A DNA stretch of 64,000 nt, taken from contig CAWEMM010000014.1 of assembly GCA_963810095.1 (NCBI GenBank), positions 160,001 to 224,000 on the forward strand. The letters are read 5' to 3'. A program made the position numbers and the translations under genes. This document shows positions 33,308 through 44,600 of this stretch, in pieces (the stretch's first letter is position 1; every line of letters starts with the position of its first letter). Source of the stretch: an uncultured Chloroflexia bacterium (lineage in GTDB: Bacteria > Chloroflexota > Anaerolineae > CG2-30-64-16). Under the pieces are notes generated by a model that ran no database searches, had not been told where the DNA came from, and was given only the letters and a program-made list of their open reading frames with translations.

Positions 33308-33910
33308 CTAGCCGCTCACTTCACCCACCAGTTCCGGTTCAGCCCAGGCCGCCCAGGCCCAGCGATGGCTGCCAAGCCCATCTGTGGCAAAGGTCAGCCT
33401 CAGGACGTCGCCTGCCTGGAACGGCAGCTCAATCTCGACCGGCTCCCACTGCCTCGGCCAAACCGCCCGGCTCCAGATCTGCCAGCCGTCGACTTTCACC
33501 CGGAACGCAACCAGTTGGTCGGCGCCTTGCGATCCGTCGCGGACGCCCATGGCAAAGCGCAGTCGGAGATTGTGGACGCCGGCGGGCACGGGAACGTGGT
33601 ACCCGACGAGCGATTCGCCGCTGATCGGAGGGTGCTGCCAAAGCGCCGGCCGGCCCTCGCCGTTCACCGCAGCGACTGCCGCCTTTACCTCCATCCCCTT
33701 CACGTCTTTCGCCGCCCGCACGTCGGCTTCGGCAATATACTCGAGCAAGTTGTAGCGCCAGGCCCGCGCTTGTTTCGCCTCGCGCTCGCATGGGTCGGCG
33801 GTGCGCCAGCGCAGAAATGCCACGAAGTCGCGCACCAGGGCCTGGTCCTCGGTCGACAAGGCGGCAATCTCCGTCGAGAGTTCGGTTTGAAGGGTTTGTG
33901 ATGTCGTCAT
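33308..33910 (-). CDS. Hypothetical protein (short helical N-domain plus beta-sandwich)
   Basis: Overlaps the upstream stop and lies 19 bp from the downstream gene; WAAWAEPEL C-terminus. Confidence 0.7.
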   Translation of the reverse strand: MTTSQTLQTELSTEIAALSTEDQALVRDFVAFLRWRTADPCEREAKQARAWRYNLLEYIAEADVRAAKDVKGMEVKAAVAAVNGEGRPALWQHPPISGESLVGYHVPVPAGVHNLRLRFAMGVRDGSQGADQLVAFRVKVDGWQIWSRAVWPRQWEPVEIELPFQAGDVLRLTFATDGLGSHRWAWAAWAEPELVGEVSG

Positions 33911-34758
33911 GCTTGCCTGCTCAGAATCTGCTTCAAGGTGCTCCGGGTGCCCCCGCCCCGGGTGGCTTCGAATAAGCCCGTCGAGTTCCGGATCGTCATC
34001 GGACCGTGGGCGGCGAACTCGTCCTGGACGAAGCGGCGGAATGCCTCCAGCCGCTCGCCCTGAAACACCTGGCCGAACGTCATCATGGACGCAACATAAG
34101 CAACCAGGGGCTCGGCCTCGGTCACCCGCAGGTCATTCTCGTAGCGGTGCAGTTTGACGTCGTCGAAGAAGGACGTGAGCTGTTGGACGCCGTTTTCGAG
34201 GCCGAAGCGGCTGTTAAGGCTGAATGCTTCGTACGGGTTCTTCGGATCAAAGCGCTGCACCAGTTCAGTGATCTCGCGCATGTGGTCCCGGCCGTTCGTG
34301 GCGGCAAAGAGGCGTCCGCCCGGCTCAAGCACCCGCCGGAACTCCCCGAGGGCACGCGGGATATCGGGCACGTGATAAAGCATGTGGTTGGCAATAACGA
34401 TGTCGTAGGCTCCGTCGGCGAAGGGCAGGGTCTCCGCGTTGGCCTGGCGGATGTTGAAATGGGGATGCGTACCCCGCAAATTCGCGCGCGCCTGCTCCAC
34501 CATACCGGCCGAGAAGTCCGTCAGCGTGATGTCGCAGCCGGGCGGCACGCGCTCCAGGTTCTGCTGCCACAGCGTGCCGGGTCCTGCGCCCACCTCGAGG
34601 ATCCGCTGCCCCGGCGCAAGGTGCATCTGGTCGAAGACCCAGCGCGCCCAGCTCACCGGGTTCGTGCCGAAACGAGTGTGGAGTGCGATGCGGGCATTCA
34701 GATTGCTCGCGTCACGGTACTGGGTCTCGACGTCATACGGCGAACGGTCTGATGTCAT
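33907..34758 (-). CDS. Class I SAM-dependent methyltransferase
   Basis: ILEVGAGPG, DFSAGM, ANHMLYHVPD. Confidence 0.92.
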   Translation of the reverse strand: MTSDRSPYDVETQYRDASNLNARIALHTRFGTNPVSWARWVFDQMHLAPGQRILEVGAGPGTLWQQNLERVPPGCDITLTDFSAGMVEQARANLRGTHPHFNIRQANAETLPFADGAYDIVIANHMLYHVPDIPRALGEFRRVLEPGGRLFAATNGRDHMREITELVQRFDPKNPYEAFSLNSRFGLENGVQQLTSFFDDVKLHRYENDLRVTEAEPLVAYVASMMTFGQVFQGERLEAFRRFVQDEFAAHGPMTIRNSTGLFEATRGGGTRSTLKQILSRQA

Positions 34759-34841
34759 ACCTGAGATGTTCTCCTCCTGTATGTTGCGTCGCCTCTGGCG
34801 GGAATGGCGGGCGCCCTGCGCGGCGCAGCACCGGCGTTTTT

Positions 34842-34850
34842 ATTCTACCA
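34842..34850 (-). promoter_or_regulatory. Extended -10 promoter for the methyltransferase operon
   Basis: TGGTAGAAT on the minus strand. Confidence 0.5.
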
Positions 34851-34894
34851 CAAGGGGACAGGGGTTTGGTAAGCCGGCGGGCAAACGGGGGATT

Positions 34895-37800
34895 CTAAGC
34901 AGCCAGAGCCGGCAAGAGTTGACTCAAGGCGTAGTCAGCCTCGGCCAGCGCAGGCGCGAGTGCCATGCTCTTGCCCGCCGACCACGCCAGCTTGTGAGGA
35001 TCGCCGTCAAGCGCGGCGCGTGCGGGCGCCAGGCGTTCGGCCAACGTCTGCTGCTCGCGGGGAGAAAGCGGCGCGCCAATGGCCTCGCGCAAGGTGTCGG
35101 CGGCACCTGCCAGCCGGAGTGCGGGCGCCGCCGTACCCGTCCTGGCCAGCAGCGTCGCGACGTCTTCGAGCAGGTATGCCAGTGCCCAGCGGTCGCCCAA
35201 CGCCGCGTTGAGGGCCAGGCTCTCGCGATAGAGGTCGACCGCAAACGCGGCGTCCCCCTGATCGCGCGCCACATTGCCCAGGTTGTTGAGCGAGTTGGCG
35301 ATGGACCACTTGTCGCCGATTTCGCGGTGCAGCCCGACGGCCTCCTCGAGGTAGCTGCGGGCGGCTGTCAGGTCGCCCAGTTGCAGCACAAGATTGCCCA
35401 GGTTGTTGAGCGAGTTCGCAATGCCCCATTTGTTGCGGAGCTCACGGCGGATGGCCAGGCTCTCCGCATAATAGCCCTGCGCGGCCGTCGCATCGCCCAT
35501 GTTGCGTGCAAGGATGCCGAGGTTGTTCAGCACATTCGCGATGTTCGGCCTATCGTCCAGGCTCCGGCGGATGGCTAAGCTTTGCTCGCAGAGGGCGCGC
35601 GCTTGTTCGCGCTCGCCCTTCTGCCAAGCCAGCGACCCGGCGCAGATGAACGCTTTTGCGACGCCCGGCAGGTCGCCGCAAGCCTCTGAACCCGATCGCG
35701 CTTGTTCGTACCACGGCCCGGCCTCAGCGTAGTTACCCTGCTTTCGCAGCAGTTCGCCGAGCCCGATTCGACACACGGACAGTCGCGCGCCGTCGCCCAG
35801 CCGCTCGGCCTCTGCCAGGCCCTCTTCGTAGCACGCCCGGGCCTCAGGCCAGCGGCCGACCAGTTCCAGCACCTGACCGAGCTTGACCTGGACGTCCAGA
35901 TGTTCACCGTTATCCAAAACGCTTAGGCTGCGCTGGAAGTAGTCGATGGCCGCGGTGTTTGCGTAGCGCGCCTGGGCCGCCTCGCCGGCCCTGCGCAGGT
36001 ATTCCCGGCGTTTCGGCAGGTTGTCGGTGCGATCGTAGTGATGCGCCAGCAGGTCGACGGCCTGCTCCCAGTTATCGCCCGCCGCTCGCTCCAGGTGTTC
36101 GGCGATTTGGTCGTGCAACACCGCCCGGGTGGCAAACGGCAGGCTGTCGTAGGTCACCTCTTGGGTCACGACATGTTTGAACAGGTAGGTCTGCTCGGGT
36201 TCCTCGTCGACGGCGGTCAACTCGACGTCGCTCAGCACGCTCAGCGAACCGAGCACCTGCACTTCTTCGCCGAGCGACGGGTGCACGTCCCACAGCAGGC
36301 CGGCCTGAAAGACCCGACCCACGACGCTCGCAACCCGCAGCACCGCCCGGGGGTTTTCGGCCAGGTGGTCGATGCGGCTTAGCACGAGGCTTTGCAGGGT
36401 CAGCGGCAGGTCGAGCCGGCCGAGGGCCTCGGCGTCGCCCGGGTCGATGCTGCGGTCACGAACATAGTTGAGCAGCTCTTCGATGTAGAACGGGTTGCCC
36501 TGTGCATGCGCGGCGATACGGGCGGCGAATTCCGGCGGCGCGGCCTGGCCCGCGCCGAAGAACTGCTGCAGTTTCAGCTCGATCAAGCGGTTCGCCTCTT
36601 CGGGCGAGAATTCCACCAGCGCGATTTCGGTGAAATGCGGCAGGTCTCGGACCGCCAGATCGTGCTGGTGACCCTCTTCCGGGGGCCGGTATGCCAGCAG
36701 TATTGCAACCGGCAGGTTGACAATCGCTCGCCCGATCACCAGCAGCAAATCCCGCGAGAGCGCATCCATCCAGTGACCGTCTTCGAGCACGAGCAGCAGT
36801 GGTTCCGACGTGGCGCGTGCGGCTACGGCGTCGGCCAGCAGGCTTTCGAGGCCGGCCTTCCGCAGCTTCGGGTCGAGGCCGCGAGTCACGTCGTTTTCGG
36901 CCAGCGGGACGTTGATCGCCGCGGCCAGCAGCGGCACACGGGGCAGCAGCGCCGGGTCAAGCCGCGCAAGTTCGGACGTGAGCTGCTCCGCGACGGCATC
37001 CGGGGCCGAGCAAGCGTCGATGGCGAAGAAGGCCCGCCAGATGTCCTGCCAGACGAGGTAGCTGGTGTTTGCACCATACGACCGGCATTCGCCGCCGAAG
37101 CCAATGAACCCGTGGGCGGTCGCAAGCCGAATCGCTTCGGCGGCAAGACGAGACTTGCCCATACCGGCCTCGGCGGTGACGCCGATCACCTGGCCCCGAC
37201 CCGCCCCTGCCCGCGCGAGCCGCGATTCGATCAGGGCCAACTCGTCCGTCCGCCCCACCATGGGCAGGGCATACGCCGGCTCTTGCAGGCGCAGCGCGGC
37301 CCTGACCTTCCTCCCGCTCATGCGGGACACTGCGATCGGGGCAGACTTGCCCTTGACCCTGATCGGTTCCAGCGTCTCCCAGTTGAAGCAGTCTGTCGTT
37401 GCGGTCACGACCGCGGGCGTGGCAAGCACCTCGCCCGGGCCGGCGTTCTGCATGAGGCGGGCGGACAGATTCACGGCATCGCCAAGCACCCCGTAGGTGC
37501 GCCGGGTGGTGCTGCCGTAAGCGCCGGTCCGCATGCGGCCCTGGGTGATGCCGATCTGCACCGTCTGCATATAGTCCAGGCCGGCCGCCAGACCCTGCAG
37601 ATCGGCCGCGGCCGACACGGCCCGCATGGCATCATCCTCGTGCGCGACCGGCGCACCAAACGCGGCATACAGATAGCTGCCCTTGTCGCCGAGCGTTAGC
37701 TGGATCAGCGTGCCATCGTAGGTGCTGAGGATGCGCTGGACCTCCCTGACATAGGCATCGAGCTTGACTCCGGCCCGCTCGTCGCGATCGTAGTCCAGCC

Positions 37801-38605
37801 CGCCAAACCGCATGAAGAGCGCGACCGCCGGCCGCAGCTCGGCCAGGAACTCGCCGAATCCGGACCGCAGCCGTTCGTAAACTGCGGGCAGCAGCCACTC
37901 GCGGCACTGCTGCTCCGAAAGAGCGTCGTTGCCCAGCGGCGGCCAGGGCGTAGACGGGGGCGGCGAATGGAGGGTGGTCACGACGCCGAACGCCGCGCTT
38001 GTCCCATCGCCGCCGCGCAGCTCGCTCACGGAAATCCGCTCGCCCAACGCGGCCAGCGTTGCCGGATCGACGACGACCTCCCCACGGCCCGCGTGATGTT
38101 CCGCGTCGGCCAGGTTGTCGAGCGTCGCTCCGGACAGCACGTCGATCAGCTCAACCGCGGGATCGCCAACCAGGAAGCGCCGGGCCGGACCGACCGCCAC
38201 GGCCACCTTCACCGCCAGGCTAACCTGCTTCCCCGATGCGGTCGTCACGGTGGCAAACTGCTGCATCGCTCGTTGCATGGCCTGGGCGCAGGCGACGGCG
38301 CGCGCACCGTCGTCGCCGTCGAGCCAGCACGTGATGGCGTCGCCGCTGAAGCCGATGACGCTGCCCCCGCTGTTGTCCAGCTCGGCAATGAGCGCGTCGT
38401 ACACCAGGTTAAGGTGGCGGGCCAGTTCCTCGGCCCCTCGCTGCGGGCCAAGCTCGGCGGCGAGTGCTTCGGTCAGAGGGGTGAAACCAGAGATATCGGC
38501 GAAGAGGGCCGCGCCCTGCACCCGTTCGGGAAGGACTTGTCCTCGCGCCATCGCCTGGCGCCGGTCCATGGGGATGTAGACGCTCGCAGCTTCGATGACG
38601 GTCAT
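34895..38605 (-). CDS. Tandem class III nucleotide cyclase plus STAND/AAA ATPase plus TPR (soluble adenylyl cyclase-like)
   Basis: FADISGFT, FSGDA, GDKG, GDAVNLSARL; Walker A EAGMGKS, Walker B LEDGHW; NSLNNLG TPRs. Confidence 0.92.
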   Translation of the reverse strand: MTVIEAASVYIPMDRRQAMARGQVLPERVQGAALFADISGFTPLTEALAAELGPQRGAEELARHLNLVYDALIAELDNSGGSVIGFSGDAITCWLDGDDGARAVACAQAMQRAMQQFATVTTASGKQVSLAVKVAVAVGPARRFLVGDPAVELIDVLSGATLDNLADAEHHAGRGEVVVDPATLAALGERISVSELRGGDGTSAAFGVVTTLHSPPPSTPWPPLGNDALSEQQCREWLLPAVYERLRSGFGEFLAELRPAVALFMRFGGLDYDRDERAGVKLDAYVREVQRILSTYDGTLIQLTLGDKGSYLYAAFGAPVAHEDDAMRAVSAAADLQGLAAGLDYMQTVQIGITQGRMRTGAYGSTTRRTYGVLGDAVNLSARLMQNAGPGEVLATPAVVTATTDCFNWETLEPIRVKGKSAPIAVSRMSGRKVRAALRLQEPAYALPMVGRTDELALIESRLARAGAGRGQVIGVTAEAGMGKSRLAAEAIRLATAHGFIGFGGECRSYGANTSYLVWQDIWRAFFAIDACSAPDAVAEQLTSELARLDPALLPRVPLLAAAINVPLAENDVTRGLDPKLRKAGLESLLADAVAARATSEPLLLVLEDGHWMDALSRDLLLVIGRAIVNLPVAILLAYRPPEEGHQHDLAVRDLPHFTEIALVEFSPEEANRLIELKLQQFFGAGQAAPPEFAARIAAHAQGNPFYIEELLNYVRDRSIDPGDAEALGRLDLPLTLQSLVLSRIDHLAENPRAVLRVASVVGRVFQAGLLWDVHPSLGEEVQVLGSLSVLSDVELTAVDEEPEQTYLFKHVVTQEVTYDSLPFATRAVLHDQIAEHLERAAGDNWEQAVDLLAHHYDRTDNLPKRREYLRRAGEAAQARYANTAAIDYFQRSLSVLDNGEHLDVQVKLGQVLELVGRWPEARACYEEGLAEAERLGDGARLSVCRIGLGELLRKQGNYAEAGPWYEQARSGSEACGDLPGVAKAFICAGSLAWQKGEREQARALCEQSLAIRRSLDDRPNIANVLNNLGILARNMGDATAAQGYYAESLAIRRELRNKWGIANSLNNLGNLVLQLGDLTAARSYLEEAVGLHREIGDKWSIANSLNNLGNVARDQGDAAFAVDLYRESLALNAALGDRWALAYLLEDVATLLARTGTAAPALRLAGAADTLREAIGAPLSPREQQTLAERLAPARAALDGDPHKLAWSAGKSMALAPALAEADYALSQLLPALAA

Positions 38606-38643
38606 TGCGCCTCCGAGGCGGGCCGGTCTCTGCATGTCGCGGG

Positions 38644-38684
38644 GTGGCGCCATTGCCCGGCCCCCGGCCGGGCAATGGCGCCAC
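38644..38684. other. Perfect 19 bp-stem hairpin between the surface protein and cyclase genes
   Basis: GTGGCGCCATTGCCCGGCC-CCC-GGCCGGGCAATGGCGCCAC; no U-tract. Confidence 0.7.
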
Positions 38685-38693
38685 GCGCCCGGG

Positions 38694-41600
38694 TTACTTG
38701 TGGATCACGACGCTTCCGCCACCCAGCGTCGTGACCGGGTCGGCCGAGTCGCTCGCGCCAGCCTGGTTGTCGTAGACAGTGGCGCCGGTCGCCTTGTCCC
38801 AGACCTTGAGCCGCAACTTGTCGACGCCACCGCCGCCGGTCACCTGCCCATCCCAGGCTGTTAGAATGAATCCGTAGCTCCCGGCGCCGTTGACCGTGCC
38901 GGTGCCCTTGTATTGCGCTTTCGCCCCCGACACTACGAGCCACTCGTAAGCGGTGCTCTTGAATTTGAAGTTGGCTGCGTTGAAGATGAACTGCGTGTTG
39001 CCCTGGGGCACGGTCTTGCCCTTCTGGTACTTCGATTCGAAGCCGAAGGTCGCCTTCCCGGTCAAGCTCGGGTCGGCCGCGATAGGCGCCTTGAGGCGAC
39101 GTGATCCAGCCGCTGCCAGTGACGAACCCGCCGTTCGGGTCGTATATTACCACGTACTCGAAGACGCCTGTCCCCGTCTGACCGTGGTTGTCGGTTACGG
39201 TGAGTCCGACGGTGTAGACGCCCGGAGTCGTGTAGGTGTGGCTGCCCGTCGCCGAGCCCGCACCTGTCGCCGTCGGCTCCGTAACAGCGCCCGCCGACGT
39301 CGTCCCGTCGCCCCAGGTCCAGACGGCCGTGTGCGTGTCCGTCTTGCCTTCGTCCGTGAAGGCTGCGCGGAGCGCCGCGGGCCCGCCGATCGCGATGGGG
39401 TCGGCCGGCCCGGTGATCGACGTGATCGCGGGCGGGCTATCGATGGGCGGCACGCCCAGGGTGGCAGACACCGAGCGGTACAGCGGGTCCGCGCCCGATA
39501 TGTCGCCGCCAAAGGTCGCGACGACGAGGTAGGCGATGGTCTGAGGCAGCCGCGCCGCTTCGAGCACGGCCCGGCCGCGAACGTCCGTCTGTGAGGCTGC
39601 GGTGAACAGGAGCGCGCCGGTTGCCTGGTCGCTGACCTGGAAGACGACGGGCAGGCTGCCCAGCCCGTACCCGCTCGTGCCTTTCAGCGTCGCGACGACG
39701 TCGGTCGGCCGTCGCCTGGAGACTGACGGCCCGGTCGAGTGTGATGGTCGTAGGCTGCATGTCGATCGTCAAGTCCGTGACGAGCGTGGCAGGGTGCAAG
39801 CTGCCGGCGTGCCGGCAAAGCTGACGCTCACTCTGTACGGGTTTGTGCTCGGCGTCGCGGTCACGCCGAGCCAGGCGCTCGCCTGCCCATCGCTTCCGGT
39901 GATGGCTGTGGCCGTCTCGGCGCCCAGCGCAAAGGAGAGCGTTTGCCCGCCGGCTCCACTCGAGCCGGCCGTCAGCTTGGCCTTGATTTCAATCCGGTCG
40001 CCGTAGTTTGCCGAAGCGGGCAGGGAAACGATGGCCAGGGTCGGCTTGGTCTGGACCACGCCTGGCGGCGGGGGCGGAGGCGGCAGGCTCGGATCGACAT
40101 TTGGCACGTAGTACGCGCCGTCGTTCGTCGCCATCGTGACCATGCCGGCCGCGTTGGCGGCCTGGACCATGTAGCGGAGATCGTCAACTGCCGTGCCGGC
40201 CGGGATGGGGAGGATCCCAGTCCACAAGGTGGTATCGTCAGCATTCTGCGGCACGCTCAAGGGGACCGACTGCCACTTCCCCGCCAGGCTGCCCGAGCCT
40301 GTGTAGGTCACCCACACTTCCTGCACGCCCGCGTAGACGCTTGCCGTCACGTTGACCTTGAACGTCACCGTGTTACCCGATGCCGTTGCGATCACGTGGC
40401 CGATCGCGGGCGGCGCGGCCTGTGCGGCTGCAGCCGTGTTCGTGCTGTAGTACAGCCGCAAGCCGACGTTCGTATACTCCCGCAGCGTGCCGTCTGGCGC
40501 GGCCGCGCCGTTCGACTGGTACTGACTGCCCGTCAGCATCAGGTGCGTCGTGCCGCCCTCCGCGCCGTCGAGCAACTGGAAGTAGTTCACGTTCCAGGGG
40601 CGGATCGGGTAGAAGTAAGACGAGAAGAACGCCGGGCTGGCGGCCGCGTAGTCAGTCGAAGGGGCGCGAGTCAGCGGCCGCACGTCTTTGTGGTCGGTGA
40701 ACTCGGCGCTGCGGAAGCCCACCCCGCGCAGGACGCCGGGCAGCGTCGTGACGACGGTTGTATTGTTAGTATTTGTATACTCAGCCTGCCCAGCATCGTA
40801 GATCTTGAGCGGCAGGACGGGCTCGCCGGGTCGGCCGGTGGTGCCGTTCGGCCCCTGAAGGTAGGAGTAGTCGTGTAGGTTGCCGTCGGCCCGGTCGCGC
40901 AACGACTTGACCCCTGACCCTGACCCGGGCAGCAGCGTCGTGTCGACGGTAGTCAGGTCGTCGCTCGCGGTAACCGGCGTGCCGGGAACAGGCGGCGGCG
41001 CGGGCGGCGCGACCGGGTCGCCTGGCAGGCTGACGCTGAACATCGGCAGGCCGTACAGGGTGGCGATGAGAACGGTTTTCTTGTCCACCCCCCCGATGCT
41101 CACGCCGGTGTAGGCGAGATAGTCCTGCTTGGCCTGCACCAGCGCCTTGCCGACCGGCACCGCGACGCCGTTGTTCCGCAGCCGCCCGGTAAAGTCCAGA
41201 TACAGCCGTTCACCGAACTCCATGAAATCCCGGTCGCCGTACTGGTAGCCGGTGCCGGCGATCCAGGTCGCGCCCTTCTGGGCCCAGGCTTGCGGCCAGT
41301 CGGGCTCGCGGGTGATCGTCGCCCGGTCGCGTCCTTGAAGTTGTCGTCGTTGACAGTATTGTAGCCCGAGTGGCAGCCGATGCTGTAGACCAGGGCATTC
41401 CTCAGGTCGACGGTGGAGGCGGCGACGGTCGGATGCGAGCAGGCGCGTCGTGTCGTCGGCTGCCAGCGCGCTGGCGTGCGAGAAGTGGCCGGCGAGGTAG
41501 ATCAGGTCGTGGCGTTCGGCTAAGCAGCTTCGACTGAAGCGCGGTGGCAGTCCACGGAATCCTTAGCGAACTGGCTGACTGGCGCGATCAGCTCGGAATC

Positions 41601-44600
41601 GACCAGCGTGCTATCAGGAAGCCCCGCCCGCAGCGCCTCGGCCACTGCATTCGTCCCGTCATCCAGCGGGCCGTAGCCGGTGACGAGCGCAGAAGTCGGG
41701 TGCAGCACGCCGTCGTCGTCGGTCGTATCGGGGTTATTGCGTCAGACCTACGTATGCGTCGAGCAGCGCGTTGACGTCGTCGGCCGTTTCGACCAGGCGG
41801 CCGACCGGCAGATCAGGGATGGGCAGCAGCCCGTCGGACTGCATGATCTCCGTGCTCGCCCCGTAGGTGTCCTGCGTCAGCAGGTAGCCCAGGGCCATGC
41901 TGGCGCGGGACGCCGAGTCCGGGGCGGAGGGCGGCGCGTAGTCGCTCTCCTTCGACAGCGGCGAGGGGTCGGGGTAGCGGAAGAAGGGGAAGAGCGCGTC
42001 GTTGCCGACGAGGACGACGTAGTCAAAGTCGTCTCGGGCTCGTGACTGCACTCGTGCCCGGTCGATCACGTTCTTGATCACATAGGCAAGCTGGTTCTGC
42101 GCGTACGGGCACGCCTTGTTTTCGGTCGCTTCCTGGCGGGCGGCCGCAATCTGCGGGTCTGCTCCGCCACGATGTCGACGATCACGCCTGACACCTCGGG
42201 CCGCCGCTGCCAGCGCGTCGAGCTTGCCGGGCAGAGAGCATCTCTTGCGTCCGTCGATCCCTCTATCCGCGGCCAGGTCGGTCAGGATGAGCGTCTTGAA
42301 CCTGCGTTCCCTGTGCCGCGCCTACGGGCACGTCGGGCAGGCTCAGTGTCGTTTGAGGAGTCACTGGGTCGACGTTCGCGCACACGCCGGTCAGCCGGGT
42401 GACAGAGAGGTGGAACGGCCTGGTGCGGACCGCGACGCCATTCCGCCCGCGCACCCGCACGTAGAACGTTCCCGTGCTCAGCCAGGTATTCCGCGTGATG
42501 CTCTCGGCCGCTAGGCCGTCGCGTGCGGAGACGCCCATCAGCGAGCGAAGCTGCGCGCTCGAGTAGGCGTTGGCCCAGGCGTCGGGATTGCTCCAGGCAT
42601 CGGGGTTCGCCCAGGCGTCGGGATTTGCCCAGGCGTCCGGGTTGCTCCATGCATCCGGATTGGCCCACGCATCCGGGTTGGCCCATGCGTCCGGGTTGGC
42701 CCATGCGTCCGGGTTGGCCCAGGCGTCGGGGTTGCTCCATGCATCGGGATTCGAGCCCAGGCATCGGGATTCGCCCAGGCATCGGGGTTAGCCCAGGCAT
42801 CGGGATTCGCCCAGGCATCCGGGTTGGCCCACGCGTCGGGGTTGGCCCAGGCGTCCGGGTTGCTCCACGCATCGGGGTTCGCCCACGCATCGGGATTGGC
42901 CCACGCATCCGGGTTGGCCCATGCGTCCGGCTGCGTCTCGGCGGCGAGCTTAACCAGGTCGTCCGGCGCGGTGAGCGCCTTGAACAGCCCGCCGATGTCC
43001 TGGTACAGCGTCATGTCGTAATCAGCGGGGAGGTTTGCCAGGTCGACGATCAGCTGCTCGCCCGCACCGGCCTGGAATTTGTACCAGCGCGATTGACCCG
43101 GCCGGGTCAGGTAACCGTCTTTGCTCGTCGTCAGGACCGGCTCGGTTCCGGTCCAGGCAAGCGCGTCCGCCGTGGTCCAGCCGGTATTAACCCCTTGCAC
43201 CGGGCGTGCAGGCTGGAGAACTCGGACGTGCCCTCCGCGCCGGTGGCGGTTACTGCCAGGAAGGGCTGGCCGGCGGGCATCGCGGCCACGTCGACCAGGT
43301 CGAAGACGGCCTGCCCGTTAGAATCGGTGATGCCTGTCAGCGACCTAAGATGCGTCTGGGCCTCGCCAAACCCTGTCGCCCCGCACGTTGCACTGCTGAA
43401 GAAGTCCAGCATGTAGGACGTTGCCGGCTTGCTCTCGAAGAGACCCTGGACACGCGTCTGGCCGTTGAATGGGAAGGCGTTGAGCAGAATGGGCTGATTC
43501 TGCAGGCCGTTTGCGCCGCCGTCCGCGTCGGCATCCCCGACATCGTTCGCCGTCGGCCCGTCGCTGCCTAGGTCGATCGCCAGCCCACCGTTACCGTAGA
43601 TGCGGTTGTTCTGCAGCTTGTTGCCCGTGCCACTGAGGACAGCGATGCCTGCGCCGGTGAAGCTGCGCACCTCGAGATTGGAGACCTGCACTGCGCCCGT
43701 CGCGAGCGTCAGACCGTTGGTTCCGCCAGCCGCGATTGCGCTGCCATCGAGGACCGCCGTGTTGCCGCCGTCGATCGTCACCTTGGACCTGATGGTCGGG
43801 AGGGCGCTCGCGGGTCGGATGGCCCCGAGTCCGGCCCCGAAAACGATGGTGACGTTCCCCGGACGAGGCGTTCGGCCTCCTGGATCGCGGCACGTAGGGT
43901 GCAACCATCATGGGCAGAGGCGCAGGTGCCATTGCCGATGTTCTTGTCGACGCTGTCGGCCGGTGCTGTTGACGGTGAAGATTTGAGGGTGGCGCCGCGA
44001 GTACTCGTACGTGCCGATGTCGGGAACGAGCCTTGCTCACGAGGGAAGCCTGCGCCGCGCTGGTCAGTGCTCGGCGTGCCGGAGTAGCCGCTTGTAACCG
44101 CGTCGATAGCCGGGCTGCCAAGCTGCAGTGCGTACAGCTCGGTCGGACCGCCGTATGTGCCCGCGCGTACCGAACAGGGGATCAGGCGGCGAAATGCTGT
44201 GCCGGCGCTGCGGTATGTGCCAGAACTGCAGATTGTTGTTGAGCCCGCGCGGAGCGGGCGCGGTGCAGTTTCCGCCCGAGTTGTTGGCAATGATCGTGTT
44301 CGTGGCCGAGACATCCGTGTCGACGATAATACCCCGACCGCTGTTGTTCGCAATCGTGGAGAAATTGATCGAGAACTGACTGGTACCGGTTGGCACGATG
44401 GCGTCGCCCGTGTTACCTGCGATCGTGCTGTTCTCAATTACAACTGGCGAGCCTAGATTGACCGCCTCGATCCCAGCCCCGCTGCTGGAGGCGCTGTTGT
44501 CGAGGATTGCGCTACGGATGATTTGTGGTCCGGGTGAGCCGTCCGCGACGAATGCCGGCGCCAACTTTTGCGCTGTTGGACTGAACGGTGGTCTCGGTCA

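Noticed and set aside
42569-42930. Tandem array as a CRISPR array
   Set aside because: Contiguous 18 bp units with no spacers, codon-position variation, in frame within a CDS, and no cas genes
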